Below are positions 46,009 through 54,310 of a DNA stretch of 64,000 bases, piece after piece. Numbering within the stretch: the first letter of the stretch is position 1; each line of letters starts with the position of its first letter. The translations under genes and the position numbers were made by a program. The notes beneath the pieces are model-generated. The model worked only from the letters and a program-made list of their open reading frames with translations, had not been told where the DNA came from and ran no database searches. Source of the DNA: Candidatus Eiseniibacteriota bacterium (GTDB lineage: Bacteria > Eisenbacteria > RBG-16-71-46 > JACRLI01); NCBI GenBank assembly GCA_025351485.1, contig JANXVU010000147.1, positions 6,067 to 70,066 of the forward strand, given 5' to 3'.

Positions 46009-47284
46009 CGGTCTCCCCTGGCCCGGTGGGCTCTTTCTCGAGGTCGAACAGGTGCCGCACCGCGCCCGCCAGTTCCGGGCCTCGGCGCGGATCGTCCTTG
46101 GCCTGCATCAGGCGCAGGGTCGGTTCACGAAGTATATCGTTGATGATGCTCCGCGTGAGCAACTCCAGCTTTTCGCGGTCCTCCGCGCGGAACTTGCCCG
46201 CCACCGCCTCCACCCGCGCGTGGCGCAGCGATTCCAGCCGCGAGCGCATGTCGGCCAGCGTCGGCGTGACGGCAAGGCTGCGGTACCAGTCCAGGAACTT
46301 CGCGCTCTCTTCGGCGACGATCGCCTCGGCCCGCGGCGCCTCGCGGCGGCGGCGCTCCAGGTTGTCGTCCACGATGGACTTCACGGATTCGGTGGAATAC
46401 ACGAACACGTTGGAAATCTTGTTCACCGCGGGATCCACGTCGCGGGGCATGGCCAGGTCCACGATCACCATGCTGCGGCCGCGCCGTGCGCGGATCGCCT
46501 GCCGCACCATCTCCTCGCCGATCAAAGGCGCCGGGGACGAGGTCGCGCTGAACACCAGGTCGGCTTCGGGGAGCAACCTGGGCAGGTCCTCCAGCGAATG
46601 GGCGCGACCTCCGAGGCGCTGGGCCAGGACCCCGGCGCGCTCCAGGGTGCGGTTGGCCACCGTGAAATCCTTTACGCCGGCGTCGCGCAGGTAGTCTGCG
46701 GCCACGCGGCAGGTCTCGCCGGCGCCCACGATCAGCACCCGGGTCTCCTGGAGCGCGCCCAGCACCTTGGCGGCCAGGCCCACCGAGACCGAGGCCATGG
46801 AAATGGAGCCCTCGGTGAGCGAAGTTTCGGTGCGCACCCGGCGAGAGCAACGCACCGCGCTGTCCACCATGCGGCGCAGCACCGGCCCGCTCGCGCCCAT
46901 TCGCGCGGCGAGGTCGGCGGCGTTGCGGACCTGGCCGGCGATTTCCGTCTCCCCGATCACCATCGAGTCCAGCCCCGAGGTGACGCGAAAGAAGTGGGGC
47001 ACGGTGTCGGCGGTCTTCCAGACGTAGGTGAGTCCTTCGTGCTCCAGGATGTCCACGCCCTTGAGCCATCGGAAGATCGCGGCCAGCGCTTCCACCGGCG
47101 GCTGTTCCTCCGGGCTGCGCGCGTAGAACTCCATGCGGTTGCAGGTGGCCAGGATGAGGGTTTCCTTGTGGCCTTCCTCGCGCAGCCGGCTCAGGGCCTT
47201 CTCGGTTTCTTCCGGAGTGAGCGCCACGGCTTCGCGGATCTCGGCGGGCGAAGTCGTGTGGTTCAGTCCGATGCAGTGGATCAT
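45986..47284 (-). CDS. hemA: glutamyl-tRNA reductase
   Basis: ATG 47282-47284. MIHCIGLNHTTSPAEIRE...LILATCNRMEFY (catalytic Cys)...VLIVGAGETCRVAADYL. Its 3' end overlaps the hemC start by 23 nt. The 198-codon N-terminal extension of the listed ORF is an artefact. Confidence 0.9.
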   Translation of the reverse strand: MIHCIGLNHTTSPAEIREAVALTPEETEKALSRLREEGHKETLILATCNRMEFYARSPEEQPPVEALAAIFRWLKGVDILEHEGLTYVWKTADTVPHFFRVTSGLDSMVIGETEIAGQVRNAADLAARMGASGPVLRRMVDSAVRCSRRVRTETSLTEGSISMASVSVGLAAKVLGALQETRVLIVGAGETCRVAADYLRDAGVKDFTVANRTLERAGVLAQRLGGRAHSLEDLPRLLPEADLVFSATSSPAPLIGEEMVRQAIRARRGRSMVIVDLAMPRDVDPAVNKISNVFVYSTESVKSIVDDNLERRRREAPRAEAIVAEESAKFLDWYRSLAVTPTLADMRSRLESLRHARVEAVAGKFRAEDREKLELLTRSIINDILREPTLRLMQAKDDPRRGPELAGAVRHLFDLEKEPTGPGETDEDRDAR

Positions 47285-47289
47285 GCGGC

Positions 47290-48111
47290 CTACCTGAACT
47301 GGTGGAACGACCCGGCGAGGTGTCCCGGGATCAGGGTCGAGATCAGGAGCAGGCCGAAACCCGCGAGCGACAGGTACACCGTGAGCGTCCCGCCCCGGTG
47401 CAGCCGGTAGTGCACGAACAGCGCGCTGCCCGAGACCAGCCACACCAGCACGGTCAGGATCACCTTGGGGTCGGCGTAGTAGCCCGGAAACACGTGCGAG
47501 ATCCACACGATTCCCAGGATGATGGTGATGCCCAGCAGCGTGAATCCCGCGGCGGTGGACCGGATCATGGTGCGCGAGAGTTCGTCCAACGACGGCAGCC
47601 GGTGGTAGACCAGCGAGAAGCGGCCGAGCTTGAGTTCGTGGTAGAGCAGCAGGAACAGCACGCCGTAGACCGCGGCCAGGGCCAGCGCGCAGTAGCTGGC
47701 GATGGCGGCCAGCGTGTGCATGGCAAAAAGCGGAGAGCGCAGGACCGCCGAAGGATGCGGCTCGGTTCCGAAGCCCAGCGCCCCGGGCAGCATGAGCAGG
47801 GCCACCACCGCGACCACGAACATTCCGATCATGGGCGTGCCGCGGCGGATCTCGATCCAGAAGTAGCAGATCGCCAGGCACAGCGCGACCATGCCCAGGG
47901 CCTCGCCCGCGCTGGTGATGGGAAGCATTCCCAGCTTGGTGGCCCGAAGCATCAGGGCGTTGGCGTGCAACAGGATGGCAGCCATCAGGAGCGGCTGCGC
48001 GGCGCGGCCCAGGCCCGGGGCGCGGCCCCAGAACACGGCGGCGTAGGAGGCGGCGGTCAGGGCGTACATTCCGAGCACCAGGAGCAGGATCAGGGACACG
48101 AGGGCTTCCAT
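47290..48111 (-). CDS. CcsA-family (cytochrome c assembly / HemX-like) polytopic membrane protein
   Basis: ATG 48109-48111. 8 TM segments with the CcsA-like Trp-rich region ...ICYFWIEIRRG... and conserved His-containing helices. Sits directly upstream of hemA, as in B. subtilis hemAXCDBL. Confidence 0.7.
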   Translation of the reverse strand: MEALVSLILLLVLGMYALTAASYAAVFWGRAPGLGRAAQPLLMAAILLHANALMLRATKLGMLPITSAGEALGMVALCLAICYFWIEIRRGTPMIGMFVVAVVALLMLPGALGFGTEPHPSAVLRSPLFAMHTLAAIASYCALALAAVYGVLFLLLYHELKLGRFSLVYHRLPSLDELSRTMIRSTAAGFTLLGITIILGIVWISHVFPGYYADPKVILTVLVWLVSGSALFVHYRLHRGGTLTVYLSLAGFGLLLISTLIPGHLAGSFHQFR

Positions 48112-48227
48112 GGATACGGGGTGGACTCCGCCCGGCCGGGGATCTCCCGGTCCGGTAACCCTAAGAATATAATGGTGGAAGGCGATTCTGACAAACGGGG
48201 AGTACCGGGGGGCCGGCCTTGCCGGAC

Positions 48228-49490
48228 CTAGCCCACCTTGCGGGTCGGCACGATCACGTTGGCCAGCAGCATCCCGGCGGCCAGGGCGGCCGTCATCAGC
48301 AGCATGCGGAAGGCGGTTTCCACGCCCGGCACCACCTCGTGACCCATGAGCGAAAGCAGGCTCCGAAAACCCATGCTTCCCGGCACCAATAGAATTAGCC
48401 CCGGCACGAGGGTGACCGTGGGCGGCCGCCGGAAAACGCGGCTGTAAAGATTGCTCGCCACCCCCAGAGCCAGCGAGCCCACGAACACTCCCAACCGGTG
48501 CCCCAGCAGCACTCCTCCCAGGCGCGCCCCGCCGAACCCCGCCAGGCCGGCGGCCAGCACCCACGGGATGTCCCGCGGCGCCGCGCGAAAGAGCACGCTG
48601 AACGCCAGCGGTCCCACCACGAGGCCCACCGCCGTGGTCCATGGAGGCAGCGCAGCCACCAGGGCCGGCCCGGGAACTCCAAAGACCGATGCCGCCACCG
48701 TGTTTCCGACCGCCACACCAAAGGCGATCGCCAGGAACAGCATGAACGCTCCGGCCAGGCGCGTCGTGCCCGACACCAGGTGGCGGGAAGAGAGTTCCAT
48801 CATGGCCAGCGTCAGGGTGAGGCCCGGCAGCACCACCAGCAGGCTGGCCAGGGTGACGTTGGAAGTGTCCAGTCCGTGCAGGCTACGCGCGGCCCCGGCC
48901 GAAAGAAACGCCGCCACGAAGGCCGCCGCCGGCTCGAACACCCGGCCGGTGCCGGGGCTTCGCGTGAGCAGCAGCGCCAGCAGGCCGGTCAGGAGGCCGA
49001 TCACCCCGGCCACGGCCGCTTCGCGCGCCCCCCCGCCCAGCAGCACCGCGCCCGCACAGGCCGACACCGCCGAGGCCAGCAGCGTGAGAGCCGAACGGTA
49101 GCGCCGGGGAGCCGCCACGATTTCCTGGATCCGGGCCAGTCCTTCGGCGGGATTGCCGCCGCCGTGCAGGACCTTCTGGGCCACGCCTTCCAGGTCGGCC
49201 AGTTTTTCCAGGTTCACTTCGCCGGGCTCGGCGCGCAGCAGGAACGACTTCTGTTCCGGGAGCGGCCCGAAGGCCGCAAAGATGGCCGTGGGAGTGGAAA
49301 AGAACTGTCCCACCACCCCCAGCCGGAGGGCCGCGTGCTCCAGGACTTCTTCAAGGCGCTGGGAAGAGTAACCGTAGCGATGGAGGGCGCGGGCGAGCTG
49401 CAGGATGAAGTGGATAGGCTCGCGGTCGGGCGTGGCGGGAGATTCGGAGGCGGCGGATACGGCGGAACCTGGAGCAGGCCTTTCGGCCAT
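48228..49490 (-). CDS. ThrE-family putative threonine/serine exporter (DUF1212 + DUF3815)
   Basis: Cytoplasmic N-domain IHFILQLARALHRYGYSSQRLEEVLEHAALRLG..., then 10 Gly/Ala-rich TM helices typical of ThrE. Confidence 0.75.
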   Translation of the reverse strand: MAERPAPGSAVSAASESPATPDREPIHFILQLARALHRYGYSSQRLEEVLEHAALRLGVVGQFFSTPTAIFAAFGPLPEQKSFLLRAEPGEVNLEKLADLEGVAQKVLHGGGNPAEGLARIQEIVAAPRRYRSALTLLASAVSACAGAVLLGGGAREAAVAGVIGLLTGLLALLLTRSPGTGRVFEPAAAFVAAFLSAGAARSLHGLDTSNVTLASLLVVLPGLTLTLAMMELSSRHLVSGTTRLAGAFMLFLAIAFGVAVGNTVAASVFGVPGPALVAALPPWTTAVGLVVGPLAFSVLFRAAPRDIPWVLAAGLAGFGGARLGGVLLGHRLGVFVGSLALGVASNLYSRVFRRPPTVTLVPGLILLVPGSMGFRSLLSLMGHEVVPGVETAFRMLLMTAALAAGMLLANVIVPTRKVG

Positions 49491-49759
49491 CAGTCCACGT
49501 CCACCCGGTCCACCACACCGACCACCATGGTGCGCACCGGGCCCTGCTTGATGCCCAGGATCTGGGAGGCGGCGTTGCCCTCGTCCACCACCAGGACCTT
49601 TTCGCCTTCGCCGGCGGACACGGTGTCGAGCGCGATCACCGGCGGGCCCTTGGGCTGATCCTTCTCATCCACGAGCTGCACGTACAGCAGCTTGTGGCAG
49701 CAGAGGGGATCGATCTTGACAGTGGCGACCACTTCGCCCACCACGATGCCGAGCTTCAT
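49490..49759 (-). CDS. bacterial microcompartment vertex protein (BMC-P; EutN/CcmL/PduN family)
   Basis: 89 aa MKLGIVVGEVVATVKIDPLCCHKLLYVQLVDEKDQ...VIALDTVSAGEGEKVLVVDEGNAASQILGIKQGPVRTMVVGVVDRVDVD aligns along its full length with the EutN/PduN consensus (M.lg.VvG.VvaT.K...L.G.KLL.V...AlDtVgAG.GE.VLV..G.aA.....PvdamvVGvvDrVd). Its ATG directly follows the dNK stop. Confidence 0.8.
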   Translation of the reverse strand: MKLGIVVGEVVATVKIDPLCCHKLLYVQLVDEKDQPKGPPVIALDTVSAGEGEKVLVVDEGNAASQILGIKQGPVRTMVVGVVDRVDVD

Positions 49760-50437
49760 CTAGCCCGCCGTGCCGCTGCGCGCGGGCTGGGCCGGCTGCG
49801 GATCGCGCTTGACCGTGCCGGTCTCCCGGCACAGGACGTCCAGGAGCTCTTCGACCTCCGCCGAGCCGTCCAGGTCCTTGAGCGTGTTGGTGTCGATCCG
49901 GACCACGCGCGTGGCCGACGCCATTTCCGTGGCCCAGCGCTCGTAGCTCTCTTCGAGGCCCGCCAGGTACTCGCGGGAAATGGTGCGCTCGCAATCCCGG
50001 CCGCGCTGGGCGATGCGCCCGAGCAGCGTGTCGGGCGAGGCGGCCAGAAAGACAATCATGTCGGGGTGGCGGAACTCCTGTAGAAAGCGCTCGTACTCGG
50101 CGCGATAGTAGGCGTGCTCCTCGGCGGTCATCATGCCCATGTCGTGCAGCGCCCGCTCGAACACCTCGGCGTCTTCGTAAATGGTCCGGTCCTGGATGAA
50201 ATGACGTTCGGAGCTCATCATGCGGCGCTGGAACTTGACGCGGTGCTCCAGGAAGTAGAGCTGCGACTTGAGCGCCCACTTCTTCATGTCGGCGTAGAAG
50301 TCGGCCAGGTGCGGATTTTCCACGGAGGGCTCGAAATACGCGATCCAGTCCAGGCGCGCATGGATCAAGCGCGTGAGATAGGTCTTACCGACCCCGATGT
50401 TGCCGGCGATGGCGAGGAAGAACGGTCGCGATTCCAT
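49760..50437 (-). CDS. deoxynucleoside kinase (dGK/dCK/TK2 family)
   Basis: ATG 50435-50437. FLAIAGNIGVGKTYLTRL (P-loop), FEPSVENP..., ERHFIQDRTIYEDAEVF (ERS/DR motif), LQEFRHPDMIVFLAASPDTLLGRIAQRGRDCE (LID). Confidence 0.85.
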   Translation of the reverse strand: MESRPFFLAIAGNIGVGKTYLTRLIHARLDWIAYFEPSVENPHLADFYADMKKWALKSQLYFLEHRVKFQRRMMSSERHFIQDRTIYEDAEVFERALHDMGMMTAEEHAYYRAEYERFLQEFRHPDMIVFLAASPDTLLGRIAQRGRDCERTISREYLAGLEESYERWATEMASATRVVRIDTNTLKDLDGSAEVEELLDVLCRETGTVKRDPQPAQPARSGTAG

Positions 50438-50669
50438 TGAAAAACGATTATCGCACCACAGGTGACAGCTTACAAGGATTGGCTGCGCGACAGGTGACGC
50501 GGGGGGAAAAATTTGCGCCGGCCCTGGTCGCCGCTCGCACAAGGCGTGGCGGGCGATAGAGCCGGCGGCAAGTTCTTAAAGGCCGGGGGGAAACCGCCTC
50601 GAGGGGCGGTGTCCCTTCACATCGTTGGATGCTTTTCGGTGCGATTTAGTTCCGGAAAATCTGCGTTTT

Positions 50670-51128
50670 CTAGTCGCGATCGCGATCCCGGTCCCGGTCC
50701 TCGTCGCCATGGCGTCCGTGGTCGTGATGTTCGCGCTTCATCTTCCAAAGGTGGCGCGAATCCCGGTCCTCGTACATGCCATGGTGATAACGGCGATAGT
50801 GCCGGTTGGCGCCGAGCAACTGGCGAGGCACGCGATCGATTCCCACGGACATCCAGGGCCCGCGGTGCGCGCGCGACCAGAACCAGTTGCGGCCGCGGCA
50901 GGAGTACCAGCCGCCTTCCCCGCGATAGACTTCGGCTTCCTGGTAGTCGGCGGCGTACCCGGATCGGGTTCCCGGCTCCAGGACGCACCCCGCTTGATCT
51001 CCCCCGCTCCGGACATCCACATGGATATACGTGGCGGCGGAAGCTACCGTGACGCTGAATCCGACGGTCACCAGGACCGCCAGGGCGGCCGCGGCCCCCA
51101 GCCGTAGTTGCTTCGATGTCAAGTTCAT
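50670..51128 (-). CDS. secreted protein with a His/Asp/Arg-rich C-terminal tail
   Basis: GGGAGGAG RBS, ATG 51126-51128. Signal peptide MNLTSKQLRLGAAAALAVLVTVGFSVTVASA, then ...WYSCRGRNWFWSRAHRGPW..., ending RYHHGMYEDRDSRHLWKMKREHHDHGRHGDEDRDRDRDRD. Confidence 0.5.
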   Translation of the reverse strand: MNLTSKQLRLGAAAALAVLVTVGFSVTVASAATYIHVDVRSGGDQAGCVLEPGTRSGYAADYQEAEVYRGEGGWYSCRGRNWFWSRAHRGPWMSVGIDRVPRQLLGANRHYRRYHHGMYEDRDSRHLWKMKREHHDHGRHGDEDRDRDRDRD

Positions 51129-51289
51129 GCGCTCCTCCCTTTCCAGGGCCCCGAGCTGGCCTGTCCGGATGTCTGGAATCCTCAATTGCGTCCCAAACTC
51201 GAGCTCGAATCCATAGATCCTGCATAAGGCAACGGGCGTGCCGGACCTGGGGCTACTGTAGAAAACAGACTAAGACGCTATCAAATTAA

Positions 51290-51472
51290 CACATAGGCTA
51301 ACAGGCCCCACCGGGACCCGTGCCAACTCCCGGAGCCAAGTGACCGTGCTGACACACCCTTGCTGCGCCAGGGTCACACTTCCCGGCGGGGATCCCTCAA
51401 GTTCAATCCCCACGTGACCGATCTTCTGGTTGGAGCCGAACTTTAGATTCCCCTAAACTTCCTTTTAGGCTA
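51290..51472. promoter_or_regulatory. candidate DtxR/MntR-type operator half-sites in the mntR upstream region
   Basis: TAGGCTA occurs twice (ataggctaacag at ~51292 and ttttaggctattct at ~51461, about 15 nt before the mntR ATG). It resembles the TTAGGTTAGCCTAACCTAA iron-box half-site. Confidence 0.25.
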
Positions 51473-51482
51473 TTCTCAACTT

Positions 51483-52151
51483 ATGCCCAGCCCAACCGTG
51501 GAAAACTACCTGAAAGCGTTGTTCCAGCTCGCCGTTCCGGAGCGGGGGGTCAGCACGCGCGAGCTGGCCGGCAGGTTGCTGGTCAAGGACGCCTCGGTCA
51601 CCCATATGCTCAAGCGGCTGTCCGGGACCGGGATGGTGAGCTACGAGCCGTACCGGGGGGCGACCCTTACACCGGAGGGACGGCAGGCGGCCACGGCGGT
51701 CCTGCGGCGCCACCGAATATTGGAATTGTTCCTTCACCGGATGTGCCGGCTGTCGCTGGACAAGGTGCACGCCGAGGCGGAGCGGCTGGAGCACGCCGCC
51801 TCCGAGGACTTCGTGGACGCCCTGGACCGGCTGATGGACTTTCCCACCCTGGATCCGCATGGAGATCCCATCCCCGACCGCGAAGGCCGGCTGCGCGGGA
51901 TCGACTCCCGCCCGCTGACCGATATCCCACCGGGCGCACGGGTGGTGCTGGTGCGCGTGGAAGATGCCCGCCCGGAGGCCCTCACTTACCTGGTCAGCGA
52001 GGGACTGGTCCCGGGCCGCAAAGTCACGGTGGCGCGCCGGCTGGACTTCGATGGATCGGTGGAGCTCCAGTTGGGCCGCCGCCGCCTCATGCTGGCACGC
52101 GAGCTGGCCGAGGGCATCCATGTGACCCCCGACGAGGGGAGCGCGGAATGA
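51483..52151 (+). CDS. mntR: DtxR/MntR-family metal-dependent transcriptional repressor with a C-terminal FeoA/SH3-like domain
   Basis: MPSPTVENYLKALFQLAVPERGVSTRELAGRLLVKDASVTHMLKRL (wHTH); the metal-site helices ...RRHRILELFL...HAEAERLEHAASEDF...; C-terminal ...GARVVLVRVED... (FeoA-like). Confidence 0.85.
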   Translation: MPSPTVENYLKALFQLAVPERGVSTRELAGRLLVKDASVTHMLKRLSGTGMVSYEPYRGATLTPEGRQAATAVLRRHRILELFLHRMCRLSLDKVHAEAERLEHAASEDFVDALDRLMDFPTLDPHGDPIPDREGRLRGIDSRPLTDIPPGARVVLVRVEDARPEALTYLVSEGLVPGRKVTVARRLDFDGSVELQLGRRRLMLARELAEGIHVTPDEGSAE

Positions 52152-53566
52152 GCTCTCCCAACCCGAAGCAGCCCGAGAGGTCCGCCCCGCCCGGGCGTCC
52201 TTCCACGCCGTCCCTTTCGGAGGTTTTCCGAAGCGTCCCGGTCAGCGGACGCGGCTGGCTCCGACGGCTGTTCGCCTTTGCGGGGCCGGGCTATCTGGTG
52301 AGCGTGGGCTACATGGACCCGGGCAACTGGGGCACCGACATCGCCGGCGGCGCGCAGTTCGGCTATGCGCTGCTGTGGGTGATCCTGCTTTCCAATCTCA
52401 TGGCGATGCTGCTGCAGACCCTGTGCGTGCGACTGGGCCTCGCGACCGGAAGAGACCTGGCGCAGGCGTGCCGGGACTACTACAAGAGGCCGGTGGCCGT
52501 GGCGCTGTGGCTGCTGTGCGAGATCGCCATCGTGGCCTGCGACCTGGCCGAGGTGGTGGGTTCGGCCGTGGCGCTCAACCTGCTGTTCCATATCCCGCTG
52601 CTGTGGGGCGTGCTCATCACCGGGCTGGACGTGCTGCTGCTGCTGGGCGCCATGAGTTTCGGATTCCGAAAGATCGAGGCCGTGGTGGTCACGCTGGTGT
52701 TCACGGTGGGGATCTGCTTCGCCATGCAGACCTTCCTGGCCCACCCGGCGTGGCCGCAGGTGGCCGCGGGCTTCGTGCCGAGCATTCCGGGGCCGCAGGC
52801 CTTCGTGATCGCGCTCGGGATCCTGGGAGCGACGGTCATGCCGCACAATCTGTACCTGCATTCGGCGCTGGTGCAGACCCGCGCGAGCCGGCAGACGCCC
52901 GCGGGTATCACCGAAGCCATCAAGTTCAACACCATCGACACCATCGTGGCGCTGGGCGCGGCGTTCTTCGTGAACGCGGCCATCCTGGTGGTGGCATCCG
53001 CGGTGTTCCACACTCGCGGATACACCCACGTCTCGGAGCTGCAGGAGGCGCACAAACTGCTCACCCCGCTGCTGGGCGCCCCGGTGGCGGCCACGGCGTT
53101 CGCGGTGGCGCTGCTGGCCTCGGGGCAGTCGTCCACCATCACCGGAACGCTGGCCGGGCAGATCGTGATGGAAGGCTTTCTCAACATCCGGATCCGGCCG
53201 TGGCTGCGGAGGATCATCACCCGGAGCCTGGCGATCATTCCGGCGATGGTGCTGTTCTCCTTCACCGGCGGCAGGGACACGGTGGCCCTGCTGGTCATGT
53301 CCCAGGTGGTGCTGTCGCTGCAACTCTCCTTCGCGATCTTTCCGCTGATGATGTTCACCAGCGACCGGCGGCTCATGGGCGAGTTCGTGAACCCGCCGGC
53401 GCTCAAGATCGCGGGCTATGCGACGTGCCTGCTGATCGCCTCGCTGAATGCCTACTACTTGTACACCAGCATCGGGCCGCTGTGGCTGGGCGTGGTGGCC
53501 GCGGCGATGATTGGTTTTGCGGTCTGGGTCCGGTATTTCTACCGGGAGGGCCCGGCGGCCGCCTGA
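52148..53566 (+). CDS. mntH: NRAMP-family divalent metal (Mn2+/Fe2+) transporter
   Basis: ATG overlaps the mntR stop (ATGA). ...FAFAGPGYLVSVGYMDPGNWGTDIAGGAQFGYALLWVILLSNLMAMLLQ... (DPGN motif) and MPHNLYLHSAL (consensus transport motif). Confidence 0.9.
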   Translation: MSSPNPKQPERSAPPGRPSTPSLSEVFRSVPVSGRGWLRRLFAFAGPGYLVSVGYMDPGNWGTDIAGGAQFGYALLWVILLSNLMAMLLQTLCVRLGLATGRDLAQACRDYYKRPVAVALWLLCEIAIVACDLAEVVGSAVALNLLFHIPLLWGVLITGLDVLLLLGAMSFGFRKIEAVVVTLVFTVGICFAMQTFLAHPAWPQVAAGFVPSIPGPQAFVIALGILGATVMPHNLYLHSALVQTRASRQTPAGITEAIKFNTIDTIVALGAAFFVNAAILVVASAVFHTRGYTHVSELQEAHKLLTPLLGAPVAATAFAVALLASGQSSTITGTLAGQIVMEGFLNIRIRPWLRRIITRSLAIIPAMVLFSFTGGRDTVALLVMSQVVLSLQLSFAIFPLMMFTSDRRLMGEFVNPPALKIAGYATCLLIASLNAYYLYTSIGPLWLGVVAAAMIGFAVWVRYFYREGPAAA

Positions 53567-53668
53567 GGCGAATGGTCAGCGCCTGGTGCGCCCGCTCCCT
53601 GCCCTTTTCAAGCCTTGCCCCCCCATCCCCTGTTCAGCCCCCCTTCAAAGTGGTAAATTTCCCATCCC

Positions 53669-54310
53669 ATGGAACGCAAGGATCTGGAAGGTCTGGTTCG
53701 GCAGTTGGTGACGGACGTGGTGGCCCGCGTGGATGCGGCCGCCAAGGCTCCGGTGGCCCCGCCGTGCCATGAAACCGAGCCGCTTTCGCCGAAAAAGTCC
53801 GCGGCTCCGGCCGGGGCCTCGCCCGCCGCCGCGGGACCCGCGCCGCTCTCCAAGGAGCTTCGCGTGGTGATCGGCTCCGACCATGGCGGCTTTGCGCTGA
53901 AAGAGGAGCTGGTCTCGCACCTGCATGCGCTGGGCTACGCGGTGATCGACGTGGGCACGCACGGCACCGAGGCGGTGGACTATCCTGACTTTGCCAAGGC
54001 GGTGGCCCAGCGGGTCGCGCGCGGCGAATGCGACCGTGGGATCGTCATCGACGGGGCCGGGATCGGCTCCGGGATGGCGTGCAACAAGGTGGCCGGTGTT
54101 CGCGCCGCGGTGTGTCACGACCTGAAGAGCGTGCTGAACTCGCGCGACCACAACGACGCCAACGTGCTTTCCCTGGGCTCCGGCGTGGTGAGCCCCGAAC
54201 TGGCCCGCGAAATGGTGGCCACCTGGCTCAAGACCCCCTTTGGCGCCGGCCGCCACTCCCGCCGGATCGCCAAGATCAACGAACTCGACCGCGACAGGAC
54301 CCGCGCATGA
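53669..54310 (+). CDS. rpiB: ribose-5-phosphate isomerase B (RpiB/LacAB family) with a 62-aa N-terminal extension
   Basis: Core [19 protein letters not shown]...[30 protein letters not shown]...[10 protein letters not shown] is RpiB. The extension [21 protein letters not shown] + [40 protein letters not shown] is a predicted amphipathic helix followed by an Ala/Pro-rich linker. Confidence 0.85.
   Translation: MERKDLEGLVRQLVTDVVARVDAAAKAPVAPPCHETEPLSPKKSAAPAGASPAAAGPAPLSKELRVVIGSDHGGFALKEELVSHLHALGYAVIDVGTHGTEAVDYPDFAKAVAQRVARGECDRGIVIDGAGIGSGMACNKVAGVRAAVCHDLKSVLNSRDHNDANVLSLGSGVVSPELAREMVATWLKTPFGAGRHSRRIAKINELDRDRTRA

Noticed and set aside
45152-47410. 752-aa plus-strand ORF
   Set aside because: Antisense to hemC/hemA. 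No motifs.
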